The notes under the pieces are model-generated. The model was not told the DNA's origin, did not search any database, and saw only the letters and a list, made by a program, of their open reading frames with translations. This document shows positions 47,201-56,200 of a stretch of 61,119 nt of DNA, piece after piece. This DNA is from an uncultured Hyphomicrobiales bacterium (GTDB lineage Bacteria > Bacteroidota > Ignavibacteria > Kapaibacteriales > UBA2268): NCBI GenBank assembly GCA_964577665.1, contig CAZOBD010000007.1, forward strand, positions 1-61,119. Reading direction: 5' to 3'. The translations under genes and the position numbers were made by a program. The number at the start of each line of letters is the position of its first letter. The first letter of the stretch is position 1.

Positions 47201-50200
47201 CCAAACCGAGAGGCATAAAAGTTTATAATGGATATGTTTATGTAACTCACGGAAACGACGGGTTCAAGAAATTTGATAAAAACGGCAGTGAAATATCAAT
47301 AAGCGACAAAGATTTCGGTTCTAATCTCCGGCTATTTGATTTCGGACCATTCGGATATTTTTATGCTGCCGACAAGGGCGGCGGATCAATTTTGAAACGT
47401 GAATCCGACGGCACTTCCCAGGTTACTGCAACTGCAAATCCTTCGGAACCCGTAGGAGCAGCCGTTAACCACGCAAACAACTACTTATATATAACCGACC
47501 ATACTAATGACAGAGTAGAAGTTTATTCTCCCGACTGGGAAGACATTTCTGATAATTCCGTATTCTCAGGCTCTCAGACAAGAACTCTGGCAATCAGCGA
47601 TCCGACCGGTATGCACGGATGGTATTTCCGCCTGCGTGCAAGCAATACAATGACCGGACATCAGTGTCCCTCCACATGGGTAAGTTCATGTCCTGCAACT
47701 CTTGAAGTACACGAACAGCCTGTATTTGCAACTGCCGCTTATAATCAGACCGTATGCTATCAGTGGGACGGAAGCTCTACATATACAATAAATATGGAAG
47801 TAAACCCGGCAACTACTTATCAGTGGAAATGGTTTGACGGCAGTGTTTGGGAGGATCTCTCATCAGATGATCATTATTCAGGAGTCAACACTCCCGACCT
47901 GAGCATAGCAGCAGATTATAATCTCGGCGGAGATCCTGATCTTGCAAACCAGATGTACAGACTCGAAGTACAAAACAACGGCTGTCCGGATACATGGGCA
48001 AAATCAGGCGTGGTAACTCTGCACTTTGAGGTACTTCCCTATTTTGATCAGCAGCCTGCAGATGTAACAGCCTGCGCCGGCGAAAGCGCCACATTCTTTG
48101 CAAGCGCTACGTTTACAACCGGCGGAGGACTGGAATGGCAGTACCGCGATCTGCTGGATTATTCTACATCGCAGACTTTCGGCGGTTACGGATACGACCA
48201 GGGACAGTTTGAGCATCCCATAGTAATTGCAGTTGATGGTGAGGGATATGTTTACATAACAGATTCCAATCCGAGAAATCACAGAATACAGAAATTTACA
48301 CCCGACGGACAAACCGTTATTGATGAGTTCGGCGAGTTCGGCGTTGGATACGGACAGTTTTACAAACCTTACGGCATAGCCGTAACTCCTGATGGAAATG
48401 AAGTTTACATAACAGACAGAAACAACCACCGCGTACAGGTGTTTGCCCGCTCCAGCGGCACTTACGGCATAGCTAGGCAGTGGGGCGGCTTAGGCAGCGG
48501 CAGCGGACAGTTCAACAAGCCCCGCGGCATCGATGTTTTTGATTATGCGGGACAAAGAAGGGTTATCGTTGCAGACCAAGACAACAACAGAGTACAGGTC
48601 TTTGATGCAAATGGTAATTACATAACCGAATTTAACGGCAGCGGCTCGGCGGGCGGCGAATTTGAAAACCCGACGGGGCTGGCTATCGACGGTATCGGAT
48701 TTGTATATGTGGTTGATCATAAAAAGCATATTGTACAGAAATGGGTTACCTACGACGGCGGCAACACTTTTGAATACTATGACCAAATTGGAACCGGATA
48801 CAGCAGAGCCGACGGACAGTTCAGCTATCCCGAAGATGTTGACCACGACAAATACGATAATATTTATGTTATTGAAAGGGAATCTCCCGACTGGTCGAGA
48901 ATTCAGAAATTTGACCATCTCGGAAATCATGTTAAGAGTTTCGGTTATTACGGAAATGAATTCGGACAGTTCAATCTTCCGAAGGGAATTGGCGTCAGTC
49001 CGGCAAACAACTGGATTTATGTGTCAGACTCTCTGAAAAACAGAGTGCAGATTTTCGGCTACCCCTGGAAGAAACTCGAATCAAGCAGCAGCTTTACCGT
49101 TACAACAGGTATGACATCAGGTACTGTTTACATTCCCGACGTAACAAATATGGACGGTTTCAAATTCAGACTTAAAGCATGGAACGATGCAAACTGCTGT
49201 TTTGATTTCGGCTGCTCCAATCCCTCTTCGACAGTATATTCCGACGAAGCAGAGCTTACTGTTCCCAACGAGCCGGTTTTCTTCAGCTATAATCAGCCCG
49301 TCAGCGTAACGGTATGCGAAACTTATCCGGCAGTATTTACTTCATCGCCGTACTATTCAAACGAATACGTATGGGAAAGACTGATTGGAAACACCTGGAT
49401 GGATATAACGGATACACCGTCATATAGTGGAATAAATTCAAATACATTAACAGTAATTAACACTATTTACAATGGTCTGCACAAAGCAGTTTACCGCATG
49501 GTGGCAAGGAACAGCGGCTGTCCGCGAACAGGGGTACCCTCTGATCCGGTAACTCTTTCAATTATACCCATCCCCATCATACCTGATCCGCCGGATGCTA
49601 CCGTCTGCATAGGTGAGGATTACACTTATTCAATGCCGAATATTGTTTATTCTGATACCTGGCGCTGGCAGGGATTCAGCACAGCCGATAACAGTTGGAC
49701 TGATCTTGAAAACACTACAATGAATAATGTAACGTATTCGGGTGTTTACACTACCCAGCTTATTATACAAAATGCAAACTTGGATATTGATTACTCGCAC
49801 TTCAGGATAAAAGCTAAGCATGAAGGATGTCCGCCATCTTGGCAGTATTCCGAAGCTTCTCGTATGCTGGTACCCGAAGAACCTGACTTCAGCGGGGAAA
49901 GTCCTTCAAACCATACTGCGTGTATTAATTTCACGTATTATCTGAATTCAAATCCCGATAATGCCAATGAATATCTATGGCAGATAAAAGACGGCGGCGT
50001 ATGGACAGATTTATATGCTACCGGTCCCGGCGGAGTGAACTATAACGGATTCCAAACTACGGAATTAACTATTGTCAATCCTGCTCCTCTTGCCGGTGGG
50101 ACCCATGAGTTCAGAATGAAAGCAAGAAATGAAGGATGTCCGCGTACATGGAATATGTCGCATATAAGGACTGTAAAAGTACCTTTAATGCCTGCTGCGG

Positions 50201-53200
50201 ATATGGCAGATGCTACCGTTTGTGAAAATTACGGTATTACACTTGCGCCGGTTTCATGGAGCAATGCTAATGAATTCCAGTGGCAGATAATTACTTCGGA
50301 TGTTTACAATGAGAATAATTTTGAAGATGTTCAAAGCAGCTCTTATGCCGCCAGATTTACAGATTACACAACACCCAATCTCGATTTGAGCATGGCTGAT
50401 TACGACATGAACGGATTCTGGTTCAGATTGACGATGAGAAATGACGGATGTCCTATTTCGTGGTATGAATCTGCTCCTATGCAGCTTACCGTAAGAAAGC
50501 AGCCGGTAATTACAGGTCTTTCGCCAATGTCAACATCGGTTTGTGAAGATGAAGTTTACAATGTAACTGCAACTGTGATTGACGGTAATCTTTTTGAATG
50601 GGAATACTCTGACGACAACGGACAGAATTACTCGCTTGCATCCACACTTACGGCTGTCAGCGGTGCAAGCACCGTTAATCTTTCAGTCGGCTCCGTAACA
50701 ACTTCTATGAACGGCTGGATGTTCAGAATTAAGGCTAAGAATATAAGCTGCCCATCGACCTGGGTAACTTCCGAGGCGGCAACATTATTAATAACTCCCA
50801 AACCGCAGTTTTACAAGCATCCTCAGTCAGTTACAGTTTACTCAGGAAATCATACCTTTACGGCTGCTGCATCGCCGGCTGATACTTACAGGTGGGAAAT
50901 CATGTATCCCGGAGGTACTTGGGCGCCCGTAGTATCGAGTGCAACTTTCAGCGGAGTAAATCAGACCGCGTTGACCATAACGGATATAACCAAAGTCGGT
51001 ACTACGGTTTACAGGCTCGGTGCAAAATATATGGGCTGCAACACTACATGGACTTATTCAAACGAAGCTACTTTGTATGTGCCGAGGCAGTTTGTCTATC
51101 AGGACGATATTGACAATCTCGTACAGCTTTGCGGCTCGGCAGGCGTATGGGGCGATTACGATAACGACGGATGGCTCGACCTGCTTGTAAGCGGCGCTTC
51201 CGACAGCGGCACATTTACCAAGATATATCGCAACAACGGAGATAATTCATTTACAGAAACATTTGACTTAACAGGCGTTTACAATTCCTCGGCGGCGTGG
51301 GGCGACTACGACAACGACGGATATATTGACGTGCTTCTTTCGGGCAATACCGGTTCGGGAGTGATAACCAAGATTTACAGGAACACTTCCGGTACGGGCT
51401 TCACTGACATAAGCGCAGCTCTGACCGGAATTGAAAGCGGTAATGCCGAATGGGGCGACTACGACAATGACGGGGATCTGGATATTGTGCTTACAGGCAA
51501 CAGCGCCAGCGGCACATTTACTGCCGTTTACAGGAATGACGGAGCAGGTGTGTTTACGGATATTAATGTAGGTTTAACTGAATGCAGTAATTCTGACGTA
51601 CAGTGGGGCGACTACGATAACGATGGAAGGCTTGATATTCTTTTAACAGGAGAGTCATCTTCAGGTAAATTTGCAAAAATTTACAGAAACACTGGAGGCT
51701 CTTTCGCGGGTATTCTTGCCGCAGTTACGGAAATTTCCCACAGCGCTTCCGCATGGGGAGATTATGATCAGGACGGCGACCTTGATTTCATAATTACCGG
51801 CGACAACGGCACTAATCTTGTAACCAGACTTTACCGCAACGACGGGGGAGGAAACTTCACCGAAATAAATCCTGGCATTACGGGCTTAAAAGACGGTCAT
51901 ATTGCTTGGGGCGACTACGACAACGACGGCGATTTTGATATTGTAATCCTTGGCCTGGATAATTCGGCTACTAGAAGAATAGAACTCTACAGAAACGACA
52001 ACGGAACATTCAATATAGTACCACAGGCTGTTTCGGGATTAACAACAGATGTAGCCAACGGCGAAGCATCCTTCGGCGACTACGACAACGACGGTGATAT
52101 TGACCTGATTGTAACAGGCTGCGACGATTCAAACGGCAGATTTACCGGTGTTTATAAAAATATCGAAATCAAAGGAAACACTCCGCCATCCGCTCCTGAC
52201 AATCTTAGCGTGAACCTTTCATCCTGTTCGTCTGCTTCATTCACCTGGTCGCAAAGCAGCGACGACAATACTGATTCTGACGGATTGTCATATAATATTG
52301 TAATAAGCAAGCAGCAGGACTGGAGTGATATGATTGTATCGCCGATGGCTTGGGTAACCAGCAATACCTTCGGTTTCAGAAGAGTTGCACGCTTAGGCAA
52401 TACCAACATGAAGAACGGCTGGACTGTGGAAGGACTTGATATAGGTACATATTACTGGTCGGTACAGGCTATTGATAATGCATTCCTCGGTTCGCCTTTT
52501 GCATCGGCACAGGTATTTCATATTTCTTATCAATATGCCGGTACTCATCCCGAAGATGCCACCGTTTGTGAAAATGATTCTCATATTTTCCAGGCAGGAC
52601 CTACTAATGCAAATACTTACAGATGGTATATGTCAACGGACAACGGTATAAGCTGGGCTCAACTCGCAGATGGCGGAACTTACAGCGGCGTTCAGACTGT
52701 AAACCTGACAATAGATCATGCAGTACCTGCTTTAAGCGGTAATCTTTACAGACTTTACACACGCTTTGATAACTGCCCGTCATCATGGAACCGTTCAAAT
52801 CCTGCTGAACTTACAGTTACTCAGATACCCGACTTTACCGGAAATCAGCCTTATCCTGCTAATGCAACTGTCTGTATAGGCGATGAATACAATGTATGGG
52901 CAAATCCGGCAAATGCCGATGAATTCCAGTGGCAGATATGGAATGGCAGCATTTGGGAAGATATGGCAGGAGAAAACAGTAACACATTTACCATTTCAGC
53001 AGTAGATGTTTCTAATGATGATTCAATGTACAGACTGAAAGCTCGAAATATGGGCTGTCCGGATTCATGGATTTTCTCGGAAAGCGCTCATCTTAGAGTG
53101 CCGACTAATCCTGAATTCGGTTCATACAGTACAAGCATAACTGTCTGCGACGAAGATAATGCTTACATCACCGTGGATGTTTCAAATGCAAACGACTTGC

Positions 53201-56200
53201 AGTGGATGATAAAGCAGGGCGCGGGATATGTTAGTCTTACCAATGCCACTTATTACAGCGGAGTTAAAACCAACTCGCTTACTATATTGAATGTCAGTTC
53301 AACATTCTCCGGCAATCAATATAAACTGTATGCACAGAACGACGGATGTCCCGTACCGCCTGCCGAAACAAATGACATAATCCTTTATGTAACTGATTTA
53401 CCGGAGTTTACGGTACAGCCGGCTGATACACGCATCTGCTCGAATGTATCGACTGTTCTTACATCAAAAGCAGAACCGGCAGACCAGTATAAATGGCAGA
53501 AAGGCAACGATCTGTTTTGGGTTGATCTGACAGACAACACAGTTTACAACGGTATAAACAATACGGCGCTTACCATAAACGATCCTACGGATCTTAACGG
53601 ATGGTATTTCAGACTTTCCGCTAAAAACAGCGGTTGTCCGCTGACTTGGAAGCACTCCGACAGAGCATTGCTGACCGTTATCGGCATTCCTGATTTCACA
53701 AACGCTCAGTTACCCAATACCACAATATGTTACGGAGATTCTCATACATTTATTTCAACTCCTGAACCTGCCGATGAATATCAATGGCAGATTTGGAATG
53801 TATCTACTTGGGAAAATCTTGTCTCAGGAGGAGCATATACAGGAGTTGATGACACTAAATTCATTATTAACAATGTTGATTACAGTTACGACGGCAGCAG
53901 ATACAGACTGCTTGCAAGAAATAACGGCTGTCCTCCTACCTGGGAGATGTCTGATCCGTTTGAAATTGTAGTTCCGAGGAATCCAGAATTTTCACCTGGA
54001 AATCAGCCTTTCAGCGCTACGGCATGCCTCGGCGGAGAATGGACATTTACGGCAGCGCCCGACTATACAGATGAGTACCAATGGCAGTTCTACTACTATG
54101 CTTCCGAAACATGGTTTGACCTGCCGAATACAGGTATTTATTCTGGTACTAATACCAGCGCCCTATATATCAGCGATATAGAAGGCGTATTTGTGGGACG
54201 CTACAATCTTTACAGACTTCTTGTTAGACATCAGGGATGCCCCGCTTCATGGATATATTCTAATGAAGTATCTCTCTTTGTGCCTCAAGAGCCTGACTTT
54301 ACCGATGAACATCCTGTGAATGCTACCGCATGTGAAGGAGACCGCTGGACATTTACATCCGATCCTGAAAATGCCAATGTTTTCAAATGGCAGGTAAACG
54401 AAGGCGGCGGATGGATCGATATTACTAACGGAGGATACTACAGCGGGGCTCAAAGCAAGCATCTAATCATAGATCCTCTGCCGGTGGGCACAAGACAGTT
54501 TAGGCTGCTCGCTCAAAACGACGGCTGTCCACAGAGCTGGGCACGTTCCAACCCTGCGGAACTTTTTGTACCTGTTACACCTGTCTTTACAAATCATCCC
54601 CAGAGCAGAACACTATGTGATGCAGCAGGAGTAACATTTACTGCGTCTGCAACAAATGTAAGCCAATACAGATGGCAGCAGTACACTAATGTTCTCGGTG
54701 TTGACAGGTGGGAAAACATAACGGATGTTACAATATACAGCGGTGCCGGTACGAATACTCTTGTTGTAAGCGACCTTTCCGGATTCGACGAAATCACTCT
54801 GTTCAGGCTGACTGCCGTGAATGACGGCTGTCCGGATCCTTATCTGGCGTCGAATGTGGCAACCTTGTATCTGCCTGAAAGACTTACATTTGCAGGAAAC
54901 CATCCTTCTGATGCTACTGTTTGCGAGAGCAATACTCATCAATTTGCATCTCAGCCTGTTAATGCTCTTGATTACCAATGGCAGGTAAACAACGGCGGAG
55001 GATGGATCGATATTACTAACAATGCAGTTTACGACGGAGTTGAAAGTACATTGCTCACAATTAACGATGTCAGCGGACTCAACGGCAATTATTATCGTTT
55101 AAGCGCTCTCGGCGGCGGCTGTCCGACCACATGGACACACTCAAATGCTGCCCGTCTGCGCGTACCGCCGGCTCCCGACTTTACGGGTAACCACCCGCAG
55201 AATCAGATAATCTGCCTTAGCGGAAGTGCTGCATTTGAGTCCAATCCGGCTAATGCTAATCAATTCCTCTGGCAGAAATTCAACAATAACATCTGGGTTG
55301 ACCTAAATGAAGATCCACCCGATAATCCATACACCGGAGTTACAACAACCAGGCTTGTTATCTCAGATGTAAGCGGTCTTAACAATGCAAGATACAGACT
55401 CCGCGCCAAAAATGACGGCTGCCCTGACAACTGGGTAATATCCAATGAAGCTGCTTTGATAATAAGTACGGAACCTGACTTCAGCGGAGTTACATACACT
55501 GATGCTACCGTATGTATCAATGAAACACATACGTTTACGATTGATCCGGCAGATGCCGACGAATATCAATGGGTAAGGATCGACGGAGGCACTCCTGTTG
55601 TGCTATCGGAAGGTTCTGAGTACAGCGGTGTTACAACCGAATCATTGATAGTAACTAAATCAGCATCCGGAAACTACGAATACAAGCTTCGGGCAAGATA
55701 TAACGGATGTCCTTCTACATGGAAGGTTTCCGAAAGTGTGTATCTTGAAGTAACAGCAGATCCTGATTTCAGCGGTGTAACATATACTGATGCAACAGTA
55801 TGTCTCAAAGAAGAACACATATTTACCGTTTCTCCTTCGAATGCCGATAAATATCAGTGGATAAGAATCGATGGAGGCACTCCTGTAGTCTTAAGCAATA
55901 ATGCGGGATACACAGGAGTCAATACTCAATCGCTTACTGTAAACAAATCTTCGGCAGGTGATTTTGAATACAGACTAAGGGCAAAAAATAACAACTGTCC
56001 TTCAAGCTGGGCAGAATCCCTGAGCATGTATCTGATGGTGCTTGCCGATCCTGACTTTACGGGACAACAGCCCGCAGATGCTACGATTTGTGAAAACGGT
56101 ACACACACTTTCAGTTCAAATCCCTCAAATGCAAATGAATACAGATGGGAAATGTGGAACGGCTCTTCATTTGATGCATTGACATCGGGCGAAGGGTTTA

